A stretch of DNA of 63,997 nucleotides, filler included, from Circinaria calcarea (lineage: Eukaryota), in NCBI GenBank assembly GCA_051942165.1. It is 3 parts of 3 records of this genome, joined end to end, with 100 filler letters (N's around TTAATTAATTAA, not from the genome) between each part and the next. Parts side by side here need not be neighbours in the genome. Positions count along the whole stretch, not along the records: positions 1 to 21,436 come from JAVECS010000142.1; 2 more parts are not named here. One strand, written 5' to 3'. Numbering within the stretch: position 1 is the stretch's first letter; each line of letters begins with the position of its first letter. The position numbers were made by a program, and so were the translations under genes. Below are positions 1-11,477 of the stretch, piece by piece. The notes under the pieces were generated by a model. It saw only the letters and a list, made by a program, of their open reading frames with translations. It was not told the DNA's origin and ran no database searches.

Positions 1-2964
1 ATGGCGAATTCAGACCCAAACCAACGTCGCAATAGAGCTCCGCAAAGGGCTCAGGATATGGGTCAAAACTCGTCGCAGCCCACCGGATTTACTTCGGTGA
101 ACGCCGACACCCAACCAACAACAGAGGATTCAAGTCAAGCGGATGAGGCGCGACATGGAAAGGGGAGCAGTGGCACGGAGCTAACAGAAGGTGCAGTGGA
201 GGGCGACCTAGATGGTCCAAATACAGATAATCGCCGATCGAAAAAGCATAGAAAGCGAAAAAGGCCAAGTACAGAGGCCGTGGAGCATGGACAAGAGGGC
301 GACGGAGAGGAGCCAGAGCTGAGCGCGAAGAAGATCCGGCACAAAAAGAGAAAGAGGATCAGTCTAGAAAACCGAGATGATGAGGAAGCGGAAAGCGCCC
401 TTGCCTTGGTAGACTTGCGCAACAGTGGACGGAATCGGGAATTGGCTAGCTCTCAGGAGGATGATTTTGCTGCCTCTGCCCAATTGCAGAGAGAAAGCTC
501 CCCTATTACAAGTGCTCAACGTCCAAAGCTTGATGGGGTGTCTGAAAAGCCAAAGGGAAGAAGGAAGAAAAGGAAGAAGAGGTTGAGCGATGGTTTACTG
601 GAGCGAGGAATTGATGGGTTAAGTACACTAGACACCGTCCAAGAATCCAGTGAAAGGGACGCGCATTCGGTATCCAGGAATGGGAATGAGGGCTCGTGTC
701 TTCCTACGCCATCAGCCGACCAGGCCGGGTTGCCCCCAGCTACATTGAGCCTCGACGACATTGATAGCAATGACGAGGCGGTTTCAGGCTTTCTTGAAGA
801 GTATCGGACGGAAATGTCGTCCCCAAGATCCTCTGCTGTGCGTACGTATGAGACTCCAGGACGTGAAGATGATCTAGAGGGTCTCGCGCTTGCCGCACTT
901 GGGGACGAAGCTCCTTCTGCTCCTGCTTCGGACAATGAATCACCTCGATTTCCCAGCCATCCCGAAAATGCCAGGAAAGCAAAGAAAGTTAAGCCGAAAA
1001 AACGCAAGCGAATTACGGAATTTACGGACGATACACTTCATGATGACAGGACAGGTCAGTTAAATCATACATTGTCTACCGGAAGTGTCACGGAAGACTT
1101 TTGGTCTCTAAACTTTGATTTGACTGATAAGCACTTTTTTAATGCAGTCCATGAGACACCGAGCCATTCTCGATTCGGAAACGAAGACCACTCGGTAATG
1201 CAAATGGAGAATCAATTGCAGGAATCTGATGATTTCGAAACATCGCAACATGTCAAATCCGGCAAACTCAGACGCATCCCTTCCGGAAAGCGCAAGCAGA
1301 AGCTTTCGAGTCACACGAATGGCAACGTTATTCAAACACCGGACGAGAATAGTCCTGTTGAGAACCACCAAGAAGCACAAGATTACGCCCTTCCTTGTAG
1401 CGAAGACCTCCAAAGCCAGACGGTGCAGGTCCCAACCTCAAGCTTCACGGTAAAGTTAAGAAAGAAGCGTGAAAAGCGTCCGACGCAATCAAATGGCTCG
1501 GTGCCTTCATCCTCGCAATCTAAGTCGCGTTCGTCCCAACGGCCCGCGAACTACAATCCTTCCCTAACTGAGCTGGCCCAGAAGGGCGGTATGTTCACAG
1601 CGAACGAAATCGCTCAGCTGCATCGTTTCCGAGATAACTACTGTGCCGAGCATAACATGTCACATTCTCGGTTTGCCACTGATCGTATTCATGCCAACGC
1701 TCACAACAATCCGACATTGTCCGGTTTTTGGACGGAAGTCGCCGAGGTCCTTCCGTATCGTCATCGATCAGCTATACAAAAGTGCTGCCGGCGTCAGTTT
1801 CACACCTTTGAAAAGCGAGGTTCATGGACCAAGGAAGAGGATAGGATGCTTCGTGAGGCTGTAGAACTCAAAGGTAGAAGCTGGATAGCCGTTGGCCAAA
1901 TATGTGAGCGACTACCCGAGGATTGTCGAGATCGCTACCGAAACTACATCTGCACCGCTGAGGTGAAGAAGGAACGAAGTTGGACCGATCAGGAAATCAA
2001 GGAGCTATGCCAAGCCGTTGGCGAATGCATTTACCTTTTGCGTGCTGATAAACGAAAGATGCAGGAACTAGGGATAGAGTCCGAGACCGACGCCGAGGAT
2101 ACATTCGGCAGCGACGAAATGAAATACGTCAACTGGCAGATTGTTAGCGAGAGGATGAATGGCGTCAGAAGCCGTATTCAATGCAGCTACAAGTTCAAAG
2201 CCCTAAAGCAACGCGACCGCGACCTTTATATGCGCCAGTATCAAGAAGCTCGGAAGAACGCCGCCTCCTTGGAGAAAAAGGATAATCCAAGGACTACGAA
2301 TTGGCGACTTCAGCGCGCTCGGAAGAACGTCGAAGCGAATATGCTGCCGGGTGACAGATATGATGTTTTGCAAGCCATCTTCCATTGCGATGCGGAGACG
2401 GAAGAGGGTATTTCTTGGAGGATGCTTGGCAAAGGGGAGGAATGGAGAAATCGGTGGGGGACGTTGGACTGCAAGGTCGCGTGGGAGATGATGAGGGAAG
2501 AAGGGGAAGGGGTGCAAGGAGGGTACAAGGAAGTCGCGGAACAATTGCTGCAGGAATTGATGGACAAGGAAGGAGAAAGGCTGGAGGAAAGGTGGATTGG
2601 AGAAGTTGAGGATAGGAAGCAGAAGCACCGGAAACAGAAGGAGGAGAGGAGGAAAAAGGAAAAAGGCAAGGGCAAAGCGAAACGGGTGGATAACTCTGTC
2701 CTCAGTAATGAATTCGTCGACGATAGCGATGAAGAAGTGGGGCAAGGCACCACGCAGAGTTATGCTGGGAACGACGATGCCGATCAGAGCAATGTAACCG
2801 CCAACGGCGACGATGAAGACGAGACTTTTGATCAGAGCAATATCGATCCGGCCTTGATGGATACGATTCCGTCCACCAATGGAACCGGAAACTCGCTCGG
2901 TATTGAAGTCGATGAGGGGGATGCGCAGTTGCTACGGAATGTGGAACTCCTGCGGAACGCATAA
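1..2964 (+). CDS. Myb/SANT-repeat DNA-binding protein, Reb1/TTF1-like (RNA Pol I terminator/enhancer-binding family)
   Basis: 987-aa single ORF. Myb repeats KRGSWTKEEDRMLREAVELKGRSWIAVGQICERLPEDCRDRYRNY and RSWTDQEIKEL...VNWQIVSERMNGVRSRIQCSYKF, preceded by a GMFTANEIAQL...FWTEVAEVLPYR segment typical of fungal Reb1-like proteins. Long disordered N-terminus with basic NLS-like clusters. Confidence 0.8.
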   Translation: MANSDPNQRRNRAPQRAQDMGQNSSQPTGFTSVNADTQPTTEDSSQADEARHGKGSSGTELTEGAVEGDLDGPNTDNRRSKKHRKRKRPSTEAVEHGQEGDGEEPELSAKKIRHKKRKRISLENRDDEEAESALALVDLRNSGRNRELASSQEDDFAASAQLQRESSPITSAQRPKLDGVSEKPKGRRKKRKKRLSDGLLERGIDGLSTLDTVQESSERDAHSVSRNGNEGSCLPTPSADQAGLPPATLSLDDIDSNDEAVSGFLEEYRTEMSSPRSSAVRTYETPGREDDLEGLALAALGDEAPSAPASDNESPRFPSHPENARKAKKVKPKKRKRITEFTDDTLHDDRTGQLNHTLSTGSVTEDFWSLNFDLTDKHFFNAVHETPSHSRFGNEDHSVMQMENQLQESDDFETSQHVKSGKLRRIPSGKRKQKLSSHTNGNVIQTPDENSPVENHQEAQDYALPCSEDLQSQTVQVPTSSFTVKLRKKREKRPTQSNGSVPSSSQSKSRSSQRPANYNPSLTELAQKGGMFTANEIAQLHRFRDNYCAEHNMSHSRFATDRIHANAHNNPTLSGFWTEVAEVLPYRHRSAIQKCCRRQFHTFEKRGSWTKEEDRMLREAVELKGRSWIAVGQICERLPEDCRDRYRNYICTAEVKKERSWTDQEIKELCQAVGECIYLLRADKRKMQELGIESETDAEDTFGSDEMKYVNWQIVSERMNGVRSRIQCSYKFKALKQRDRDLYMRQYQEARKNAASLEKKDNPRTTNWRLQRARKNVEANMLPGDRYDVLQAIFHCDAETEEGISWRMLGKGEEWRNRWGTLDCKVAWEMMREEGEGVQGGYKEVAEQLLQELMDKEGERLEERWIGEVEDRKQKHRKQKEERRKKEKGKGKAKRVDNSVLSNEFVDDSDEEVGQGTTQSYAGNDDADQSNVTANGDDEDETFDQSNIDPALMDTIPSTNGTGNSLGIEVDEGDAQLLRNVELLRNA

Positions 2965-4758
2965 GGTTTTCACGAGAGCCATTGGGGATGTGATTGATGG
3001 TACCTACAGTTATTCCGGTGGCTGTATGCTGTATGCTTGCTTCAATTCCAACTGGCTTTGAACTCGAGCTCTTCTTGTCAATTTGAGATGCCTCGTCATG
3101 AAATTGCTCCATCGTGTCCGTTTGGTCTGCTATGGTCTGGTCTGATCGGTTGGGGCTCTCCTCATCTTGGTGAAAAGATTGCCGTGGTAAAACGGGGGGT
3201 CCTCCCTTCCTTCCCTAGCTAGCTACAGTATACAAAAAGCCCATGGAGAAATCGTACTCGATTGGTTCTTGCTTGTTTGTTTGTATTTCCATCACCCCAA
3301 TCCCCCTCCCACAAGTAACCCTAGTCGACGATAAGGAGCGCTGGTGCCTACCCTACCTACTAGCTATAACGACGAAACTTTCACTATCTAACTTTTACAT
3401 CTAGTGTTTCGGGATTTGTAGGGGCCTAGTATAGAGTTGCTGTACGTTAGTGGATTGAACCGAGTCTGTTTCCAAACGACTGGCGCTTTTTGGGCTCGAA
3501 AAAGAGACCGAAATTCTGCTATATATGCTGTAGGCAAAACCCCGTCAAAATGCATACATGATAGAAATGAGTATTATTTCTAGGAGGCGCCTGTTTGTGG
3601 TATACTGTATACACAGTCAGTACTCGATGCCGAGACCAAAACACCTCGGCCCCTTCCTTTTTTTTACTCAAGGTAGCTTCTGGTCCCCCCCAGCACCCGG
3701 CTAATCTTTCAAGTGGCGGGGGAGGAACTGGGGGAAGAGTTAGGGAATGCCAGGCCAGACACACACATCAAATGCCAGCAAATCACCTAAAATCCCCTTT
3801 TTCGTCACGCCGTGGTCTGCCACCTAACTTTTTACAATCGTACCGAGTATAATAGAGTACCTACACATAATAGAATAGCTCCGGGCTCTAGAGTTCCTTT
3901 TTTACGAATGTGACAGATATATCATCGCTAGGGTTTTAACATAACGGGGGGGGGGGGTACCTCATTTTTCCCTGATTTCTCCCAACAGGAGGCGTTCAAA
4001 GGGGGGGGTTCTGCCGAGTTTGCTTTGCCACAAAACACCCCCACACCACACACACATACATGGAGGAAATACCATAATTCGGTGGGTCGTGTTTCGTGAA
4101 AAAGAGAATTGCAAGCTGAAAAAGTAAAGAAACGATCAGCTATCGGTAATCCCAAAAAAATTTATATTTTTTCTGCTCCCAAGTGTACTTACTAGACCCG
4201 GTTCAGTAATCAAAACTGCTTTCCTGGTTCCACAAAGCTCCCGACAGGATTTGGCTGAACCGTGCAGTACCATACACGAGAAATCGTTAAATTAGGGTGG
4301 GTAGGGATCTCGATCGATCCCCTGATTTATACGGAGTATCTACAGAAGAATATTGGCCGTGCCGACAACCCAGTGGCGTTATGCAGCCTCCCCATACGGC
4401 CCTCGCCGTGCAGCCCAGGTCGGGCTCTATGTATTGGACAGGAGGGTCTTGAGCTCAGCAGATTTACATGGCTACATGCTTCAGCCTCGTGTGTGCTTGG
4501 TCTCGGGTGCATCACAATAGGGGCCTAAAATGAATAGCTCTTGCGACTGCGCCGTGCGTATTCACATACCTATACGAGCCTTTGGGTGCACCTTGACTTA
4601 AGTAACTTCTCTCTTTCCCCCTTTTTTTTTCCATTGTGTTCTTGAAGATCGTTGTCTGTTTCTCGCTGAACCAGTTCCTCCCTCATCCCTGTCCGTTGAA
4701 CCCACCAAACATCAGCAGCTCCACTTTCGGTTTCCTTTTTCCATCCAGCGAGCTCGCA

Positions 4759-5463
4759 ATGCATTCATCTTCCATCTTTATCCTCGCCAGTGCTGCATCC
4801 GCAGCTGCCACCATCACCGGGCAGCGAACATGCCTCATGGCCAAGTCGGGGCTCTTTGAACGACAAGTTCAGCTGTGCCAGCCGGTCCCGGCCCCCGCGA
4901 CCTGCGAAAGGTCCTGCGGCCCAGGGAATGTTCAATGCATCAGCTTCCCAAACTGCTATAACCCGGGGCAAGGGGAGGTGTGCTGCTCAAACGGAAGTCG
5001 GTCATCCGTGGCTTTTCTCCCACTCATCGGATGTGACCGGCTAACCTGAGTGGCAGAGTACTGTGAGGCCGGCTTCTACTGCACCAACGGAGGCTGCTGT
5101 CCCAATGGCAGCTCCCTGGCTGATTGCGGTGCGACCGTTTCACTGAGCATCGTCCCTCCACCCGCCTCAACGCCCACTGTTGCTCCGGTCGAGAACTCCA
5201 GCTCGGCAGCCGAGACAATAAGCCCCAGTACTCCAGCCACAACCTCCACTCCCGATTCCACCAGATCCACCACCAGATCCACTTCCAGACCATCGTCCTC
5301 GTCTTCCTCGACGACGCCGGTCCTGGGTCAGACACAGGCTCCCGGCACTCCAGCCGCCGTGACGACAGTAATCCTAGTGGCATCTGATGCTCGCCAGAAA
5401 CAGCACGGTAGTATCGCCGGCTTTGCTCTCGGCTGCCTTGGTTGGGCCATCTGGTTGAATTGA
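4759..5463 (+). CDS. Small secreted Cys-rich, Ser/Thr-stalk, probably GPI-anchored cell-surface protein (2 exons)
   Basis: ATG at 4759 with signal peptide [16 protein letters not shown]. Intron 4997-5056 (GTCGGT...CTAAC...GGCAG) joins [26 protein letters not shown]-rich stalk and hydrophobic C-terminus [18 protein letters not shown]. Confidence 0.8.
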
Positions 5464-6556
5464 GAGTTTTAAAAAAAACACAATATAGGGGGAAATATTT
5501 GAAAGCAAGGAAGGGGGTATGATCATAGAAAAAAGCAATTGACCAACACCTACCCTATTACTTGAAGTCTCTTGTTTTCTAGACTGTGTGCTGCTGGCAA
5601 TAAAATTTTAAACCCAAATGTAATTTGATATACGGGAGGGGGGGGATGATCCAGCTTCCTTGCTTCCTTGCTTCCTTGCTTGTTTATTTGTAACAAGTAA
5701 ATTTCCGAAAAGAACATATATAGCTAGTGTGGAGTGTGGAAAAAACAATAATTGCCTTGAGCTGTTCTGTTCTGTTTAACAAGCGGGGTTTTTTTTGGGG
5801 AGGGGGGGCTGTAAATGACACATCCCTTTTTTTTGGGTTCCGAACCCAAAAAAATTTCTCACGTGAAAAAAAAAATCACCGACATTTGAAACTTGCCCCA
5901 TGTTACTTTCAAAGGGCATGGATGGGGTCGTGTGATTGGGATTAATTAAAGAACTTCGCCGAGGGGGGGCCCCTTTTATTGTAACAGGTATAGGGGGCTT
6001 CCGGAAGCAGTAAGCAGTTTGCCCGGCTTTGTTTAGAACATAAAATACCGTGGGCAAGACTGGGGGATAGGAATCGGGAATTAGGAGATGGAGGGGGAAG
6101 AAAACGGAAAAACGGAAAAAAAAAGAATGACCGAAAGAAAGAAAGGATCTATATTTATATTTCGTATACGGGATAAAATGGGCATGCAGATAGATGCAAT
6201 TAATAGGTAGATGGAAAAAAAATGTCCACCAAGTTAAGTTGGAAAAGAAAATAACTAGTCATCGTTCATGGTAAAATACAAAAACCATGTTAGGTTCAGC
6301 AATTGCCCATCCGCCTCGTATTGTATCAGTGTCCTCCCGTCCATATACAATTATCTATTCTAAGATACAGAAATGCGACGAGACGGAAAAAAAGCCAGTT
6401 GCGACATCAGGGTATCGTTGGTACATAAAGCATAAACGGGGGAGGGGGGGGGGAGAAAAGGAATGCTCTTAGCAAGCGCCTCCTAGCTAGATCATATCTG
6501 CGGTTCATCAATCCCACGCTCCCGAATTCCCCCCATATCGTACGGCATCCATTTCG

Positions 6557-7989
6557 TTAAATCAAATTTCCTCGAGGCAAGGCAACAACAACAATGGTCA
6601 AAGAGACACCCATCAGTGCCCCCCACGCGTGTGCCTGCTGCACGATTCTATTTTGAATCAACCTCAACCCTTCTTCCTGCACCCACACCTTCTTAAGCAT
6701 CAACTTGCGCCACCATTGATACATGGCCCACTTGTCCACCCATGCCTCACTCGCGTACTCATTCCCCCCGCCAAATGAAGACAGTCTCTCGGAAGAATAG
6801 GACGGCGGCAGTGCTTCCGGGTCCCTGTTATCTGAAGAGCGAGGGGAAAGCGATAGATTGGGAGACTCAATTTCCCAAGGGCGAATCTCCCGGGTGTGGA
6901 ACTGATAGAGGAGGATGCAGAGACCTTTATGGGCAGCGACAAGTGTAGCGATGCCGCTGAACCAGATTGGCAAGACAAAGATCCTCCACCATGGGCTGTG
7001 GTGACTGAGAACTAACGACACGGCCATGATGAGTCCGAGTGCTATCGTCCAGATTGCCATGCTACGAAGAAAGAATACGCGAGGTTGGTTACCGTTGCAA
7101 ATGGACCAGCGGATGAAATTCGGATGGGATTGATTGCGGAGAGTTAACCCGAGGATAGAAAGGAGGGGATGGAATGCGCTGGGATGGGTTGTATGCTGTA
7201 GGGCATGGAGAATAGATTTTCGATCTTTACCGGAAATGTTGAGTTCTCTTGGAGAGGACGGGTCGATGTAGTGTGAGATGATTTGGGTGATCTCGGAGCG
7301 AAACGGCTGATCGGCAACTAAGAAGCATGTCAGTGGAAGTTGTGAGAGAGCTTATCCGAGGAACAATCGGAGGATTGCATACATGAGGGTAAGCTTTGGG
7401 TTGTTTGGACATTGGGTTCGGACACGCAAGCTTCAACCGGTTTCAGAGACGGTTGTGGCGAAGAGTCGTCCGAACGTCGCTGGGAAGCAGGACCTTGGGT
7501 GAGTTTGGTGGTGTCATCTTCGTCTATATAAGGCGAACCTTCAGTAAGGCTCACTGCCACCGGACTCTTCTCTATTGCAGTTGCGCTCACACCCCGTGCA
7601 AATGCTGGACGTGCGTTATGGATCTTCCACTCGGGTGATAAAGATTTCTCAGATGCGGGTAGATTCTCAAATCGCTTGGTATAGTCTAAAAGCCAAAGGT
7701 AGAATTGCAGATTCTCGGCGTCGTGGGAAATGTACACGAGATAGTCCATGAAATCCTGGAGAGAGCACGGCTGAGTGCATCTTGTCAGCTTCGAAGGTCA
7801 ATTGTGATGACCGAGACGGCGTCTTACCGGCATAGACTTTCCCTCGATCACATTGTCGAAAGAAAGCTGTTCGGGAAATGCTCCTTTGGCACATGCGGCT
7901 TTCTCAGCGTACTTTTGACAGTTTGAGGAATCGAGAGGTCCATCGAGCTTGGAGATATAATCCGGACGCTTATAGAAGAAGACAGACAT
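6557..7989 (-). CDS. RGS-superfamily domain protein with C-terminal transmembrane helices (Rax1-like architecture), 3 exons
   Basis: Spliced frame LSFDNVIEGKSMP|PCSLQDFMDYLVYISHDAENLQFYLWLLDYTKRF ... QPFRSEITQIISHYIDPSSPRELNIS ... HPNFIRWSICNGNQPR, then about 3 hydrophobic segments. Frame checked across the GTATGC...TTAG intron near 7318-7382. Confidence 0.75.
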
Positions 7990-9317
7990 GTTGGTGAAGT
8001 TGAGAGAGTTATTGCCCCGGAGAGAATGACAGACAGAAAATTATGAGATGTGAATGAATTGAGCCTGAAGCAAAACCATCTTCTTTCAACAAGGAGATGA
8101 GGCGGGCGATAGGTGAAGTGGAAGAAACGGGCGGTGGAGAGAGAAGCTGGAGCTGGGTTAGGATGCCCGTAAGAAGTAGGCTCAAGAGGAGGGTCCAGGG
8201 CCGGTAAGAACGTGAATATCCCAGGCCATGGTTCTCTTGGCCATTTTTCACGGGCTGCACTAACGAAGTCACAGGGAAAGCCATTCTCAATTGATAGTAC
8301 CCCCAAATAATCGGGCGATGGGCGGGCAGTTAGGCGGATCTCCTAGCGCGCCTGGCAGCGTGAGGAAGTGGAAATCATGCCCAGGATGCTGCAAGCGGAG
8401 AAAAGAGAAGTAGGGGTCACACTTCGATCGGATTGGTAGGATCACTCGAAGGCAAATCTCCCGGTTCATGATTGCCGAATGCTCACCGCTTCCGACACTG
8501 CCACTGAAGGAAAGAGCATTGGACGTTGCTGGCCAGAGTGGAGAGACCGCTACAATGACAACCCCCCGCCGGGAGATGATCGGCGAAACTAACATCCGAG
8601 GGTGACATTAGAGAGCGGGAGGGAGGGGACGTGCTCCCCGACCACTAAGATGCACGCATTCAATCAGTTAGAGTATGACCTGGGTTCTCGCCGGAAAATA
8701 GGCCCTAGGTGCATCACGACATGCTTGCTTGTCCGTGTCCGTGTCAACCATGCCGATTCCAACTTTGCCCGAGTCAGGCTCGCTCTCGTTCCCGACATTG
8801 CAAAGTACCTTCTCCTCAATAACGGTTCTCGAAGCTCAACTGTACCCCTTTCCCAGTCTTGAACTACAAATATCTGAAAGGGTGAAAGTGGAGCAGACAG
8901 CCGAATCCTCTACGGTGCTCCAGGCCCTGAACCGGTAGGAGAGTCGAAGGGCAAAGAGCTCATATCTCAATCACGGTTACATCCCGTGTCATTGGACTAC
9001 CATAATAGCTGTGCACCAACGACCCTTTGGACGAGTGACGTTGAATTTCCCACGTGGTTAGCCTTGGATCCAGGAACCGGCAGCCCTCGTGGTCGATAGC
9101 CATGTGTGGAATGAAGGTGAGGAGTCTCGCTGGACTAGTCTCGCCAATTTCGGATGATTGCCCAATCATATTCTTTAAGGTGCTGCTCCATCAGCATGGA
9201 CCGTGCCGATCTCAGTTGAGCCAATTGATTATGCGGCCCTTAGATTTACACTACGATTTGGCGCACGGTCCATGCTGTTGGAGCAACGCCATAAGGGATA
9301 TTGCTCATTTTTTCATG

Positions 9318-9797
9318 AGCCCCCCAAAATAGAGAGTCTAGGAACCAGCCACCCCCCATTTCTGGGGTGACTAACTAAATTTTGTATGGGGTCGCGGTAT
9401 AGTACTAAATTCGGACCGAAAAAAAATCAGCGAGCAATTAATGAGATTTCACAAGCGACTTATAGATTTCATATATTACACTTGATTCTTAATACTAAAA
9501 ATGATACTATTCCGATTTTAGTAGTAAAATAAGTATTATTTTGAATACGTGAATATGAATGCGGTGACCAGCTCATAAACGCGGGTCGTTAATAGCCTAT
9601 AGTTAGGGTAGTTAGATTGCTTATAACTAGTATTCAAAAAGTGGGGGTTACGGATATATGATTTTGTATTCGTGATACGTGTATTATGATTTAGCGCGAC
9701 CGCAGGTAACTTAGAAATAGAAATCGCGAAATTTAGGATTTTGTTAGTCACCTCAGAATTGGGGGTGGCTGGTTGTAGACTCTCTATTTGGGGGGCT
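9318..9797. mobile_element. MITE-like non-autonomous DNA element with ~55-bp terminal inverted repeats
   Basis: Left end AGCCCCCCAAAATAGAGAGTCTAGGAACCAGCCACCCCCCATTTCTGGGGTGACTAAC is the near reverse complement of the right end GTTAGTCACCTCAGAATTGGGGGTGGCTGGTTGTAGACTCTCTATTTGGGGGGCT. Interior is AT/TpA-rich with no credible ORF. No clear TSD. Confidence 0.75.
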
Positions 9798-10055
9798 AAA
9801 GTGAAGTATCCTCATTGCTTCCCCCCGGACTGAGGTAGGCTCACCTGCGGCCTGATTTCCAGTGTTTGTCGAACTCAAACATTATCCACATTGTAGTGGT
9901 TATGGATACGATTCGATAGTCCTCTTTTGGTACTTTTGTCGACGAGTCGACAATAACCTTCCAGTAAGGTCGAGGGGGTCAAACCACCCCACGAGTGTTG
10001 TCTAAAGTTTCCCTTGAGCGGAGCGAGATCGACGAAATTGGGAACATCGTGACCC

Positions 10056-10963
10056 TTATTCGGCGCTCCCGGCCCTGTTTCGTAATCCTACATATGCTCT
10101 CGGCCCGACCTCATCCTCTTCTTCCTCTTCCCGTCCCACCACCCTAACCCCCATCTCTACACCTCTCTTGACCTCCCTTTCTTCCAGCCTCCTCCTCTCC
10201 AGGTCCCCAACCAGGTTCCGAAAGTAGACCTCCGCTGCAACGGTACTGCTGTAGCTGACAGGTGTCCAGCTGTATGTGTTCCTTGCGTGAGGGTTAGCCC
10301 CGGCTTCGAGAAGCGTACGGATACATTTCAAGTGTCCGTTCGCAGAGGCGTAGTGGAGGGCTGTATTGCCATCGTTGTCAGAGGCTGACAACGAAGGGGA
10401 GTATGCTAGTAGACATTGAAGTAATGCATCGGACCCGTGAAGGGAGGTAAGCATTACCTTTGATAGGGTCAGCAAGGCGTGGACAAGACAGGAGGTGAAA
10501 ACAAACAGCATCAGCACCTTGCTTATTCTTCCACTCTATACAGCGAGGAAACCGCTCAGCGAGTAACTGTGCGACACGGTCGTCTGCTCCGACCCCCAGC
10601 ATCAGGGGCGTATCCCCATTTGCATTCCGAGAAATACCATCGTCCTCGTGACCGACATCAATAAAGAACTCCTAATGGGGGTTTCGTCAGTTTCTCTTTA
10701 GGAAAGTATGTGGTGCAGCCAAAAACGTACTGCAAGCTCAAGGCGACCAAGCTTTGCTGCGAGATGCAGGGTAGTATTACCTTGGTCGGTGAAATCTGGA
10801 TTTCGTAGCTTGCCAGGATTGTTCTTCACAATGCGCTTCACCAGGACAAAGTCATTAAGATGGATTGCACGCCGAAGGCGTACGGAAACATCAATCCTAT
10901 AATGGTAATGTTGTGAGATCACCGCACTTAAGACGCTTCCGCATGTTGTTGTACTTACATCAT
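10056..10963 (-). CDS. AVO2: Ankyrin-repeat protein, TORC2 subunit Avo2-like (4 exons)
   Basis: MMIDVSVRLRRAIHLNDFVLVKRIVKNNP resembles the yeast Avo2 N-terminus (recalled as SVRLREAIIEGNLLIVKRLLRRNP). Ankyrin motifs GNTTLHLAA, GDTPLML, GNTALHYAS and LLAERFPRCI. 5-nt first coding exon ATGAT|gtaagt. Confidence 0.75.
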
Positions 10964-11477
10964 TAATCACGTTAAGGAACTAGGAGCTCAAAGTTGCTGC
11001 CATATAGAGGCGATTAGGAAGGTGAAGGACCTTGTATGAATCGCGCATCGCAAAATTACACTCAAAGTTCCACTTTCATGAAAAGTATCAGCTTGTCTCT
11101 AAGCCTCTACGATGCTCTAAATCATGTGACCTTTAATGACAGACGTGCATTATCGTACGAGAATTCCGGCACCGACCTGACTTGATTCGTTCTGATTCCG
11201 TAAAAAAATAAGGTCGAACCACGAATGTATGGTCCATGGGCCTTATGGCAACATGCGAATTTAAACTCCGTGCTCTCTTGTATTTTGTATGATTATAATC
11301 GATCTTTGGGAAGCACACTTCAAGCTCGTAAAGTGCTATGCCGGCTCATCCCTCCCGCTGGACGGAGATCGATCTAGGAACACAGGGGATGGACCCTCTC
11401 AACTCCATCAAGAATCGCCAATGCTATTGTACAAGTGCAGTGGCCACAAGCACAACCGACAATACCCTATTACCCCT

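Noticed and set aside
3456..4205. 12-bp inverted match TGAACCGAGTCT / AGACCCGGTTCA around a low-complexity region
   Set aside because: Too short, does not extend convincingly, and has no TSD.
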